DNA of 32,000 bases from Candidatus Heimdallarchaeota archaeon B3_Heim (GCA_003144275.1 NJBF01000005.1:30001-62000); one strand, 5' to 3'. Shown: positions 1-9,781, counted from the first letter of the stretch. The notes: a model not told the origin generated them from the letters alone. Program-made: numbers and translations.

Positions 1-180
1 TGTGGAATTTATCTCTTGAATGTAGGGTCTCTGAATATAGGATTTAAATGATTGATAGCTAGGGGGAGTACTACGTAATCTAATACGCTGAATACTGAGC
101 GAGAGTTACACCTTCATTTAATTAAACGTTTATCGAATATCCGTGGTTAACGCATAACTTCCTCCTCCATTTGGAACATA

Positions 181-437
181 GTTTGAAATATCGGAAAAAC
201 TTCTGAGAGTATAGATAGATCTGCATTAATTTCCTTTTCAGTCTAAACATTGGAGAAGCTCTTTTAGTCGGAGAAGCGATTAATTTTCCAACATTTTTCC
301 AAATTCGGAACCAAAAACTTTCCATTGATGATATCAACCCTAATTTTGCAACCATGGCTGAGAAATATGCCAAGACTTGGATATCGAAAACGAATAGAAT
401 AACTAGGCTATACGTTCTTAATTTCTTTTTATTATAG
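181..437 (+). pseudogene. Degraded C-terminal fragment of a HerA/FtsK-family ATPase
   Basis: Pieces in different + frames read LKY / IGKTSESIDRSALISFS / LNIGEALLVGEAINFPTFFQIRNQK...MAEKYAKTW, ending at TAG 435-437. This resembles the HerA C-terminal 'SLNVGEALIVGEAV..P..I.IR' pattern recalled from memory. It needs frameshifts near 190 and 241 and has in-frame stops upstream. Confidence 0.4.
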
Positions 438-536
438 ATATTTTAGTGATTATTGGGGTAAAACATCTTATTTAAATATGTCCATGTAAAAAGCTTTGAA
501 CAGTCAAAATAATCAACAGTTTTTGAGATATGATTT

Positions 537-665
537 ATGGCTCTCATCAATTGGTTTTACGCAACGTTTATTGCAAGTTTTTTAGCTTTCGCTTCGGTAG
601 GACTCATCATACTATATTTACTTTTTTATCATGATGATGAGTTTGAAGAGGATGATTTAGGTTAA
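537..665 (+). CDS. Small single-pass membrane protein (42 aa) with acidic C-terminal tail
   Basis: ATG 537 to TAA 663-665 gives MALINWFYATFIASFLAFASVGLIILYLLFYHDDEFEEDDLG: one hydrophobic helix followed by a D/E-rich tail. It is below the ORF-track size cutoff. Confidence 0.55.
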   Translation: MALINWFYATFIASFLAFASVGLIILYLLFYHDDEFEEDDLG

Positions 666-727
666 TAAAAACTAGCCGTTATGATCTTTCTGATTCAATT
701 TTTCTGTTTGTACAGCACTTGAGCTAT

Positions 728-1408
728 TTAATTTTTAAGTGGTTTTACTAGGTTCACGAGAAATTCATACGGATCTTTTAATGAGACAGAAGAAATATCC
801 AAGACGAAACCATCTACTTGCAGTTCTAATGCTCTTTCAATATCCACCTTTTCATGAACTTCAAAACTAGAAAATACAGAAACTTTGGAGTTTTCGATGC
901 GTATGCGTTTGACGTGATTTTCTATCATTTCAGGAGGAATTTTAGAAAGAGGGGTCCCCGTGGGGGACATGTCAGGTAAACTGATTACAATGGCGTTGGG
1001 ATCAAACTTTGATAAGGCAGCACTAATAGCAACATTTTGAGAGTAAACAAGAGTATAGAGCCGATTAGTCCTCGAATCCCTTACATTTTTTTCCAGATCT
1101 CGCATAGGTATCGAATCATCGTTAAAGATCAGTCCTTTAATATCGAGCGATTTAAGAAATGCAATTGAGTTTTGAAAATAACTCTGTTGATTCCCTGAAT
1201 GATAATGAAATTGTGAAAAGAAAGGAATATCAAAATCGTTTTGAAATTTCGCCAAAAAAGGGAAAGGAGGACACATTCCAATTATAACCCCAAATTCCCC
1301 TGAAATTTTCTCTACAATTTTTGCTAGCTGATTCCCCTGTTCCTCAAATATCCCTTGGTAATTGGTAAAATCCAAAATAAAACTAGGCTTGTCTTCCTGT
1401 GTCATCAT
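728..1408 (-). CDS. Triosephosphate isomerase-like protein (archaeal TIM fold), catalytic residues missing
   Basis: From ATG 1408 (GGAG upstream) the 226-aa product is collinear with archaeal TpiA (DIPFFSQ, YSQNVAISAA, TGTPLSKIPPEMIEN, KDPYEFLVNLV). NFK is DFT, NHSE is NDDS, and EPPELIGTG is SLPDMSPTG. Confidence 0.8.
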   Translation of the reverse strand: MMTQEDKPSFILDFTNYQGIFEEQGNQLAKIVEKISGEFGVIIGMCPPFPFLAKFQNDFDIPFFSQFHYHSGNQQSYFQNSIAFLKSLDIKGLIFNDDSIPMRDLEKNVRDSRTNRLYTLVYSQNVAISAALSKFDPNAIVISLPDMSPTGTPLSKIPPEMIENHVKRIRIENSKVSVFSSFEVHEKVDIERALELQVDGFVLDISSVSLKDPYEFLVNLVKPLKN

Positions 1409-1771
1409 TCCAAGAGCTCCGAATGTCGTTGGATTTATAATTTCATATATTCTTATCATCGGAAAAATTCTGAGTAGTTGTTTTAAATTTTTTTGATCAT
1501 GCACAATCTTATAATTGATGACCATTGTAATCCTTATTTCTGATAAATGAAACTGAAACAACACGACAGTTTAAGTCAAATACAATGAATTTTTCATTGA
1601 ATTAAATATAAACAGGAGTCTTTTGGCTGGTGAATTATTGAATTAAAGATACACTACCCTCTAAAAATATATAGGAGTCATATCTTTGGCCTTACGTAAC
1701 TCTTAAAGATTACGCATATTCTCGTCCAAATATACTGCTTTATAGCTATAAAGACAAGGAGCTAATGTTGT

Positions 1772-2377
1772 TTGAGTCGTCGAGGTCGGACACCTAGAAG
1801 AACGGTAGACAAATGGTCTGCTAAAGAATTATATCAGATTTATAGTCCCCCAGGCTTTCTTGAAGGGGATGAAAAAATTGTTGGTGAAACTATTGCAGAT
1901 GATCCAGAAAAGATAATTGGTCGTGTTATTGAAGTTTCTCTTGCTGATATAATCAATGATTATTCAAAAATGCATATAAAATTAAATTTTCAAATTACTG
2001 AAGTAACTGGAAACGTAGCACGAACACGGTTCAAAGGTCATACTTTTGCAAGAGATTACCTTCGATTTTTAGTTAGAAGACGACGAACCAGAATTGATAG
2101 TATCAGTACAGTTAAAACTAAAGACGGTGTACCCTTTAGAATTACCGCTACAGGTTTTACATTAATTAGATCGACAACGAGTAAAAAAGATGCAATCAGA
2201 CGAGAGATGCTCGATATTGTAAAGGCAAGAGCCGAGGAACTTGACAGTTTAGAGTTTATCCGTGAAACCACTAATGGAAAATTGGGGTCACAAATTTATT
2301 TTAAATGTAAAAATATATATCCACTTAAAGGGGTCGAAGTACAAAAAAGTAGACTCTTGACACCGATTTCAGCCTAG
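1772..2377 (+). CDS. rps3ae: 30S ribosomal protein S3Ae (eS1)
   Basis: DKWSAKELYQIYSP, IGRVIEVSLADI, FKGHTFARDYLRFLVRRRRTRID and IYPLKGVEVQKS motifs. TTG start with GGAG upstream. Confidence 0.97.
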   Translation: MSRRGRTPRRTVDKWSAKELYQIYSPPGFLEGDEKIVGETIADDPEKIIGRVIEVSLADIINDYSKMHIKLNFQITEVTGNVARTRFKGHTFARDYLRFLVRRRRTRIDSISTVKTKDGVPFRITATGFTLIRSTTSKKDAIRREMLDIVKARAEELDSLEFIRETTNGKLGSQIYFKCKNIYPLKGVEVQKSRLLTPISA

Positions 2378-2632
2378 AGCGTCGCTAATTTTCCGAAGAA
2401 TTTGGTCGTTGAGATTATAAGAGTCGAGTAGGTCTACTACTGTTGCATTAGCCGTATTAATACTAGTTAAACCTTCAATATAAACTTCCAATGTATTATC
2501 ATAGTGTTGTGATGTAATTTTCATTGGTGGATTAGCCAGATTATCTGGATTTAAGGAATCATGGATTATTTGAGCTTCCTCTTTTGACTGAGTAACAAAT
2601 ACTATTTTGAGATCTATCCTATCAATTACCAG
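2369..2632 (-). CDS. pcc1: KEOPS complex subunit Pcc1
   Basis: Open frame missed by the ORF track: (L)VIDRIDLKIVFVTQSKEEAQIIHDSLNPDNLANPPMKITSQHYDNTLEVYIEGLTSINTANATVVDLLDSYNLNDQILRKISDALG. It has the Pcc1-like SL.PDN and T..A...DLL pattern and lies directly after the DHH gene, the usual archaeal position. There is no in-frame ATG/GTG/TTG, so the start is probably CTG 2632 or ATT 2626. Confidence 0.8.
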   Translation of the reverse strand: MVIDRIDLKIVFVTQSKEEAQIIHDSLNPDNLANPPMKITSQHYDNTLEVYIEGLTSINTANATVVDLLDSYNLNDQILRKISDALG

Positions 2633-4040
2633 TTTCTTGACTCTCCAGTAGCATGTTATTGAGATGATTTTTAAATGAACTCAGCTCTTTCTCAATAAGA
2701 ATTGCGCCTGCTGCGGAAGAATGCCCTCCTACTTCCGTGTCAAGGTTTAATTTCTTAATTCCTCGCTGTAAAAGCTTATCAAGTTCGGTTTCATTGTCTG
2801 AAGAATGTGCTTTTCGGATACTAATTTTTACTCTAGTCTCGTCAATTTTCGCGCAGCTTAGAATTGGCTTCGCGCTATACTCTTCCATGGAGGATAAAAT
2901 TGATGTGATTGGTCCAATAATATTTTCTTCTATTCTACTCCTTCCATCTATAAAGTAAAGAGCTGATAACTCTTCAAGATTATTGTCTGATAAAACCCAT
3001 TTTATTCCCTCGCCAATTTGCTTTGAATATGCCTTTAATATTGGTTTTAACTCTGTAAGAGCTTGATTACGATCTCCCATACACAGTGCGATTCCAACAT
3101 CGGGACGGTTCATCCGTCCACAAGCGTTTAGTCGATTAGCAAATACTCGAGCATCTTGTATCTGGACTACTTGCTCCTTCAATAACTGGTAATCATGCTT
3201 GTATATTACTTTTGGATCCACCAGATTTCTAACGATTAATTCTGAAGCTAATTTTTTCTTCTCTTCCTCGTTTAATTCCAATACAGTCCTTCGTCCAGTC
3301 TTTCCGGTGAATGGTATTCCTATCTCATTGAGGAAATAGTGAATCGCAATTTCTTCATTAAATTCCTCGATGTTTAACCGTTTTAAACAGCTGATTAAAT
3401 CTCGAGTTCTGTCGTAGAACCAAACAGAAACAAAATCTGTACATAACTGGTTATCAATGGCATCTTTTACGATTTTCTGATTTAATCCGATTAATGAAGA
3501 ATGTTCTCCCTGATCCTGACGGTCTCCCAATGCACCAATAATTGCTAAATGAGCTAAATTAGTATTTGATGAATTTATATAAATAGCTACGAAATAGGAG
3601 ACTCCAGAACCACTTACCTTGTTTGATCCATCAATAGAATAACAATGTGGATTTATTAGATGAACATTCTCTTGTAATTTGCATTCACTTACTAAAGAAT
3701 GATGATCTAGTATGTAGATCTGTATCGATGGATCCCATGTTTTAAAAGCTTCAATTACACCTGACCCCAAATCGCAAAATATAACTAGTGCGTTCTTAGG
3801 TAATGATGCACCAATCACGTTTAATTGTTTGATTTCCAATCTTTTTAGAATTTTAAGCTGAAACGGTATCTTTTCTCGTTTGAATGCTATTGCTAATATT
3901 GATGCTGCTGTAAGTCCATCTGGATCAAAATGTGAAAATATATACAAAGGAGACTTGATTTCTCTTTTACAAATTTCTTCTGCCGCTTCTTTACATGCAA
4001 TCAAGAATTCTTTAATTTCCTCCTTCATAATTGGATCCAC
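2622..4040 (-). CDS. recJ: DHH-family phosphoesterase, archaeal RecJ/Cdc45 (GAN-like)
   Basis: Intact motifs SHFDPDG, FCDLGSG, LDHH, GALGDRQD and DHHA1 GGHSSAAGA. It lies in the conserved S15-RecJ-Pcc1-S3Ae neighbourhood. Confidence 0.92.
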   Translation of the reverse strand: MDPIMKEEIKEFLIACKEAAEEICKREIKSPLYIFSHFDPDGLTAASILAIAFKREKIPFQLKILKRLEIKQLNVIGASLPKNALVIFCDLGSGVIEAFKTWDPSIQIYILDHHSLVSECKLQENVHLINPHCYSIDGSNKVSGSGVSYFVAIYINSSNTNLAHLAIIGALGDRQDQGEHSSLIGLNQKIVKDAIDNQLCTDFVSVWFYDRTRDLISCLKRLNIEEFNEEIAIHYFLNEIGIPFTGKTGRRTVLELNEEEKKKLASELIVRNLVDPKVIYKHDYQLLKEQVVQIQDARVFANRLNACGRMNRPDVGIALCMGDRNQALTELKPILKAYSKQIGEGIKWVLSDNNLEELSALYFIDGRSRIEENIIGPITSILSSMEEYSAKPILSCAKIDETRVKISIRKAHSSDNETELDKLLQRGIKKLNLDTEVGGHSSAAGAILIEKELSSFKNHLNNMLLESQETGN

Positions 4041-4126
4041 TCCTAGTGGATAAAGAATACAAACAATTGATTATGTCGTTACAGATTTTTTTGAGGTGTT
4101 AAATCGTTCAATCTTCTTTTATCAGT

Positions 4127-5050
4127 TTAAATCATTCCTTTATCTATAAGCGTCCGGAATTCTTCAAATGATAACTTTCTCCCCTCATCAAATTTCTTTT
4201 TGGCGTCCTCAGTTTTTTCCTTTATTTTTTCTCGTCTCTCGGCATTTTGCTGTTGACGCATATTTTGCTTATTCTTACTAATGCTATGTCTAGTTTTATT
4301 AATCTCACGAATATGGGTAAGATATTCATTATGTATTAAGTTTGCTTGTTCTTTTGCATCTAAAAATTGAGCATGTAATTCATCTGCTTGTTTCCTTAGT
4401 ACATCAGCATTTTTAAATGCTTGAATCATAGTTTTGTGATGAAATCGACTTTCATGTGCATGTGTCCGAAGATCTCTGTCTAAACCTCTTAATTTCCCTT
4501 TTAGTCCTCTTATTCTATTTGAGATTGTATGTAAATCTCGTGATAATACATCTGATTCACGAACTTCTCTGAATCTAGATTCTAAGCGTTCAATCTGACC
4601 AACGATATCTCTTTCATCGTTAATTGCTAAATTTGAGGTTGTTTGAAGCTTCCATTCGAGATCCTGAATCTGATTTCGGATTCTTTTTGCAGAAAAATTA
4701 GATTGACGTCTTGTTTGTGTCTTTTTTTCTTGAGCGTTGTTGAATTGCTCCTCTAGTCTTTGTATTTGTTCAGTGAACCCTTCAATTTCTTTTAATAGGG
4801 CATTTTTCTTTTCTTTAATTTCTGAGATTGTTTGATTACACTGATCACGTTTCTCCCTCTCATCCTTTGCTGTTTGAATCAATTCTTTGACTTGCTCATT
4901 CATCTGATTCCTTTTATTCGCAATAGTCGTTACATTTCTATTTAGTTCTTCTCGTTGTTGCTTAATATCACGAGCATTTGATTCAATGTTCGATATTTTA
5001 AGGAGTAACGATTCTATATCCTGTTTTTCCAAGGGAGAACCTTCGATCAA
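4127..5050 (-). CDS. Uncharacterised archaeal coiled-coil protein (COG1340-like)
   Basis: 307 aa of E/K/R/Q-rich heptads with LEWKLQTTSNL..DERDIV and a C-terminal GRKLSFEEFRTL, both typical of this family. Confidence 0.8.
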   Translation of the reverse strand: MIEGSPLEKQDIESLLLKISNIESNARDIKQQREELNRNVTTIANKRNQMNEQVKELIQTAKDEREKRDQCNQTISEIKEKKNALLKEIEGFTEQIQRLEEQFNNAQEKKTQTRRQSNFSAKRIRNQIQDLEWKLQTTSNLAINDERDIVGQIERLESRFREVRESDVLSRDLHTISNRIRGLKGKLRGLDRDLRTHAHESRFHHKTMIQAFKNADVLRKQADELHAQFLDAKEQANLIHNEYLTHIREINKTRHSISKNKQNMRQQQNAERREKIKEKTEDAKKKFDEGRKLSFEEFRTLIDKGMI

Positions 5051-5144
5051 TTTGGGTACGCTTAGTAATTGAAAATTTGTGTTTTAATTTTGATAATAAG
5101 ATTCAATTAGGAATTTTCCTAATTTAAGCAATATATACTCGTTT

Positions 5145-5603
5145 CTAGCGTAGATATAACGTTGCTTGAGAAGGTTCGTATTTGAATTCTGTTTCAAAAA
5201 TCCCAGTATTTTGATAATACTTTACTAACCTTCTTATTTTTGATTCAAGTAATTGTAAGCCTCGTCGTGAACTCTTATCTTTCTTATTTCCACCTTCCAA
5301 ATGTTTACGAAGGTTTAATGCACGACGAACTAGATTTAAGAAATCTTCAGGCATCTTCGGTCCTAAATTATTCTCTTTCATGATTGATGTAATTGATTTA
5401 GAACAGATTTTTTTTACGCTTGGAATTGCATACTCATCCCTTAGAATCAACCCGATCAGAGCAGAACTCAATCCCTCTTTAGCTTTCTCAAGAACAAGGT
5501 CTTCGATCTCTTCAGCCGAATAGGGAACCCACTCGGGTGTTTTTCTCCATATAGGTCTGGTAGATCCGCTTTTACCTTTTCTCCTTGCGTGCATTCTAGC
5601 CAT
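5145..5603 (-). CDS. rps15: 30S ribosomal protein S15 (uS15/S13e type)
   Basis: [50 protein letters not shown]. Confidence 0.98.
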   Translation of the reverse strand: MARMHARRKGKSGSTRPIWRKTPEWVPYSAEEIEDLVLEKAKEGLSSALIGLILRDEYAIPSVKKICSKSITSIMKENNLGPKMPEDFLNLVRRALNLRKHLEGGNKKDKSSRRGLQLLESKIRRLVKYYQNTGIFETEFKYEPSQATLYLR

Positions 5604-5850
5604 TTAAATCTCCACTAGATGATTATATTGATAATTTAACTTCAAAGACGTTCTAATCGTTTAATGTTGATTAGCAGTCAATCTGAGGAGATTTGAATTA
5701 ATTGATAAACCTTCTTTCTTAGACTAAATTCTCTTGACGAATTCTGAGGGTGTACAGAAACTAGATAAATCCTATCTGCTCATCTAATTCTTATAGAAAA
5801 TCAACAAATCATTTTTATTTTAATTCTCCAGCTCATTGCTTTAGACGAAG

Positions 5851-6540
5851 ATGATAAATTTCTCTAATATTACACTTGCTTCCTATGAAGAATTGTGTTT
5901 TCTACTGGATAACGGGTATCCCAAGAAAAGTGCTTTAACATTTGTCGCAAATCATTATAACTATGATGAAAACGAGAGATTTATATTAAATCGCGTTGCA
6001 GTTCCCCGTCATTTGGTTGAGAAAATCAAACGTAACAAGATTGCAGAGCCAAGCAAATTAGCTAATCAGGTTTTCACTATTGATATTTATAATCAATTTA
6101 CGACGTTCCAAACGTTATTCAATAATGAACCCATAATTCTCTGTCGTGATGGGGTATTTCGAGATATATTTTCGCTTTTGCATTCAAAGAAGGAATTACT
6201 TTTCCGAAAAGAAATGATAAAGAAGTTTCTGTTTAATGTCTTTAAACTAAAGCCCCATTATATCTATCTATATTTTGATAAACAAAGGAGTAAGAGTGGA
6301 GTTCATTCTACTAAATTTCAAAATATTCTAGACAAATTCGAATTACCAGGAAGATGTATTGTTACGAAATCGGTCGATCACTGTTTGAAGGTTCAAACCG
6401 ATGTTATTACATTTACACATGATTCAATAATCTTAAACGAAGTTCAGGCAGGTTTTGATTTTATTAGATGGTATATTGAGAATAACACCGTGAAAACCCA
6501 GCTAATTGATAGGTTTTTCAATTATCACTTCGGTGAATAA
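5851..6540 (+). CDS. DUF434 domain protein
   Basis: LLDNGYPKKSALTFVANHYNY...ERFILNR matches the DUF434 N-terminal signature. It is followed by an acidic PIN-like region (IDIYNQ, CRDGVFRDI, THDSIIL). Confidence 0.8.
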   Translation: MINFSNITLASYEELCFLLDNGYPKKSALTFVANHYNYDENERFILNRVAVPRHLVEKIKRNKIAEPSKLANQVFTIDIYNQFTTFQTLFNNEPIILCRDGVFRDIFSLLHSKKELLFRKEMIKKFLFNVFKLKPHYIYLYFDKQRSKSGVHSTKFQNILDKFELPGRCIVTKSVDHCLKVQTDVITFTHDSIILNEVQAGFDFIRWYIENNTVKTQLIDRFFNYHFGE

Positions 6541-6619
6541 AAAATCTCAGTTAGAAAATTATTAAAAGATCTAATGTATTTTGATAAAATGAAACACTAA
6601 AGAATAACCCCCCTTTAAA

Positions 6620-6818
6620 GGGAACGTAGCGAAGCTAGTGGACTCGCTAGTTTCTAGCGAGACCGGACAAGTATCGCGCCGGGCTCCAGAACCCCCTGTG
6701 AACTCCACTGGGTTGACTGAAACTCATGATGAAGTTCTGGAAAAATGAGGAAACTCGGTGTCATTCTTGCATGTCGCAAGGTGAACGAAAATCGCCAGTT
6801 CAAATCTGGCCGTTCCCA
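6620..6818 (+). tRNA. trnW: tRNA-Trp(CCA) with three introns (18/19: 6639-6670; 37/38: 6690-6752; 45/46: 6761-6790)
   Basis: Acceptor GGGAACG/CGTTCCC-A, D stem GCGA/TCGC, anticodon stem CCGGG/CTCGG with CT-CCA-G, T arm GCCAG-TTCAAAT-CTGGC. Removing the three inserts gives a canonical D loop AGCTAGGTA and variable loop TGATC. The D-loop splice sites are the least certain (imperfect central helix). Confidence 0.92.
6690..6752 (+). ncRNA. Box C/D guide RNA inside the tRNA-Trp anticodon intron
   Basis: Order is C-like CTGTGA, guide CTGGGTT, D' CTGA, C' ATGATGA, guide GTTCTGGA, D-like ATGA. By the N+5 rule the guides target C39 and C34 of the host pre-tRNA, as known for euryarchaeal tRNA-Trp introns. 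Confidence 0.8.
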
Positions 6819-7156
6819 CTTCCTTTTTTAATGAGATTAAATCTCTCTCGAAAGACTTTCTAATACTTCTACCATAATGTCCAATAGAGACATTGTGCAA
6901 ATGGAGAGATATCCGAAACTGAGCAATTAATCGATTTTAATTTGTTTAAAAACGATTTGATTATTGAGGAGGTAGTTTTAGAGAAAGAAAGCCAATAATG
7001 AGAGATTCGATATTTTAAGTCTTTTTTCTAAAATCAGGAGTTTATAAAAGATGCCCCCAGATGATGGTCCAATCGGTCTTTAGGAATCCACAGGTCGAAT
7101 TACCTGGTTCCCTTCCTTTTTTTTTAGAATGAATCTACAAATAAAAAGAAATATTA

Positions 7157-8666
7157 TTAACTCGCCAATATCGATGGGGATCTCCATTGAAGGTTTTCAC
7201 TGTCGAACCATTGATATCTTAACCTTTGGGGATATAAATACCCCATAACAGGCCAAATAGTCCATTTCATTTCCTTTTCAATCCATTGTACCCATTCTGG
7301 CCACAGTCGTACGTAAAGATATAGATTTTGATCACTAGTAAACAATTGACCAAAGGGAAGCCACTGTATCATTCGTAAAAGCTGTTTGTTAGGTAGTACC
7401 GGTAGTTTAACGAAATATGTATCCAAACTCCATTCATTAAGAAGCCTATGAGACCTGAAACTAACATTCAACACCATTTTACTTTGTAGATCCCTAATTA
7501 AAGATAAATACTTTGGAGTTAGTAGGAATGAAGATTGTAGGTTTGAAAAATTAAGAGGTAAATTCTCTTGAAACCTCACAAAATAGTTTGATTAATTCCT
7601 CTGGTTGATCATGTTGTTTAAAGTTCCAAGTAGAATCAGAGGAGGGAGAGAGAAAAAACTGGGGTAAGTTATTTTTTCGCTTTTTCCTTGGATTTTTTGT
7701 TAGTAATCGCTTAGTTAATACCTTGCGTTGCGTTTTATTTAAATCTCTCCAACCTTTGTCAGGTCTATAAAGAGCTAGAGAATGATGAAGATGAGTTAAG
7801 TTAAGATTCATCATTTCATGTATGATTATCTTTCCCTGTCTATCTTTTTTTTTAAAATAAGCTTTTAGCGAATCATGACATGTAATAGGGGAAGTTAAAA
7901 GCCCGATAAATGAGTTAGAAGTTTCTCTTATATGTAACACATTGCTATTGCAAAGGAGAGTATTTGCACTGTCATGCAAATCTACTACCTCTTTGAGAGA
8001 GATATTCTCTGTTAGTTGAAAATTGATGTAAAAATGCTCTAGATCAAAAGCGTGTCTATAAAAGAAAAGAATAATTCTTATGTCAAGAAGTTTGAAGAAT
8101 GTAGAAACGTCAGGAGCAATTTTTGTCCTATCCCTATTCTTACAATAAACAGTTTTAACGTGTAGAGGATCTAATGCTAAATATCCACTGTTATTAATCT
8201 CAAAAAATAACAATTCCACATTTTGAAGCTGTTCACGTGAAAGAGGAACTTTGAATCTATTATATCTATATTGTAAGGATTCAAAAGCATCTATATCCAG
8301 TAAGGAGGTATAATTATGCACTAATTTGAAAATGGCTCTTAAATTATTAATAATATACGTGTAAAAGTCCTCAGCATGGTATTTAGCTTCCTTCAATATC
8401 AAATTGGCTTTTGTACAGAATTCCCGAGAAAAACATAGGAATGGAGTCTGTAGGTATAGATTTGTTCCTGTATTTTCTTCAATATAATCGTCGAGTCGAG
8501 TTATAAGTTTTTCACGTTGGAATTCGGCTTCTTGGTAATGCATAAGAACTGATGTAAATTTAAATAGAATTTCTTTTTCAATTTTTGTATAATTTTTTGC
8601 GTATAAAGAGATCCTACTTAGTATTGTGTGAATATTATTCCTTAGGATCTCATAGCGTCGAACCAC
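7157..8666 (-). pseudogene. Probable single hypothetical gene split by a frameshift (ORFs 7551-8666 and 7157-7579)
   Basis: Two same-strand ORFs overlap by 29 nt in different frames. The second has only a GTG inside the end of the first, and the junction is next to a T5 run on the coding strand. No function could be assigned. Confidence 0.5.
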
Positions 8667-9160
8667 TCCAGAACCTGTCTTAAAGTTATAAAAGAGATTT
8701 TTCTACCCTTATTAACGAGTTTATTCTGGATATATTTAAACTTTTCATATATTTATATAGGGCTTATAAAATATAGAGAATCGTTACTGAAATAAATATG
8801 GACATTTGAATTAAACCAGCCTCTACTACTATTCTTATTCTTAAGGATAGTATTACATTTTTATCTTGTCTCTATTAACGAAAAACAACTAAGTGAAGAA
8901 GTATATAAACCAAGAATTAGGAATTTATCCAATTCAATCTATTTGCTTCAATTTTGATCTGTGAAATGCGCCCTAGGAATTGGTGAGTACTACAGTAAAC
9001 AGATAAACATCATTAGGAAAAAGCATAAAACAGAAGAAAAGCAGTTCTAGTAGATAGAAAGGCTTCTTTGAAGGCAGAGAAGAAATTCTTGAGCTGCTAC
9101 CAACTAATAAATCTGAACACATTAGTAAATTCATAAGAACGCACTTGGAAGTGACAATTG

Positions 9161-9469
9161 ATGCAATATTTACACGCTGCACTAGTATTACACTCATCAG
9201 GAAAAGGAGTTTCTGAAAAAGGAATAACAGCAATTATTAAAGCGGCTGGTGACAAACCAGACGAAGCTAAGATTAAGGCTTTGGTTTCAACACTTGAATC
9301 ATTAGACATTGATGAAGCCATTAAAGGGGCAAGTTTCATGACAGCAGCTTCACCTGGAACCACAGGCGCAGCAGATACTGGCAAGGAAACTGTCGCTAGT
9401 ACAACAGAACCTGAAGAAGAAGAGGAAGAAGCTGGGGACGATCTCGGTTTATCTTCATTATTCGGTTGA
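9161..9469 (+). CDS. rpl12: 50S ribosomal stalk protein P1 (aP1/L12p)
   Basis: MQYLHAALVLHSSGK, DEAKIKALV..LE..DIDEAI, acidic hinge and C-terminal GLSSLFG. ATG at 9161. Confidence 0.97.
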   Translation: MQYLHAALVLHSSGKGVSEKGITAIIKAAGDKPDEAKIKALVSTLESLDIDEAIKGASFMTAASPGTTGAADTGKETVASTTEPEEEEEEAGDDLGLSSLFG

Positions 9470-9781
9470 AAACTTTCTTTTAACTCCTTTATATTCCCTA
9501 CATGGGCATTGAGTGGCTCATATTCCATAATAGAGCCATTTTCTCTTTCTTTTTACTCTTTTCAATAGAATTTGACTAGCTTTATACAACTTTACAGATA
9601 TTCAGCTTGTTTAAAGTAAAAAAATTCAAATTTCATTGGGATTAAAGGAATCAGATCTAGTAAAGATAAACTAAAATCAGATAAATAAAATGAAAAATAT
9701 AGGAGTTATGAAAAGAATTTTGCATAATAAGCAATAAGTTCTTATCAAGTTATAATCATCTATGACTATAAATAATGTTAA

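Noticed and set aside
122-373. 83-aa minus-strand ORF from the track
   Set aside because: No recognisable motif, and it lies antisense to the HerA-like remnant; likely a shadow ORF.
1409-1564. N-terminal 52-aa extension of the TIM-like ORF
   Set aside because: TpiA similarity starts at M53/M54, which has a GGAG upstream.
2056-2958. ORFs 2056-2271 (-) and 2737-2958 (+)
   Set aside because: Antisense to rps3ae and recJ.
8973-9528. Minus-strand ORFs 8973-9233 and 9097-9528
   Set aside because: They overlap rpl12 antisense. The Ser-rich run is simply the reverse of the acidic hinge.
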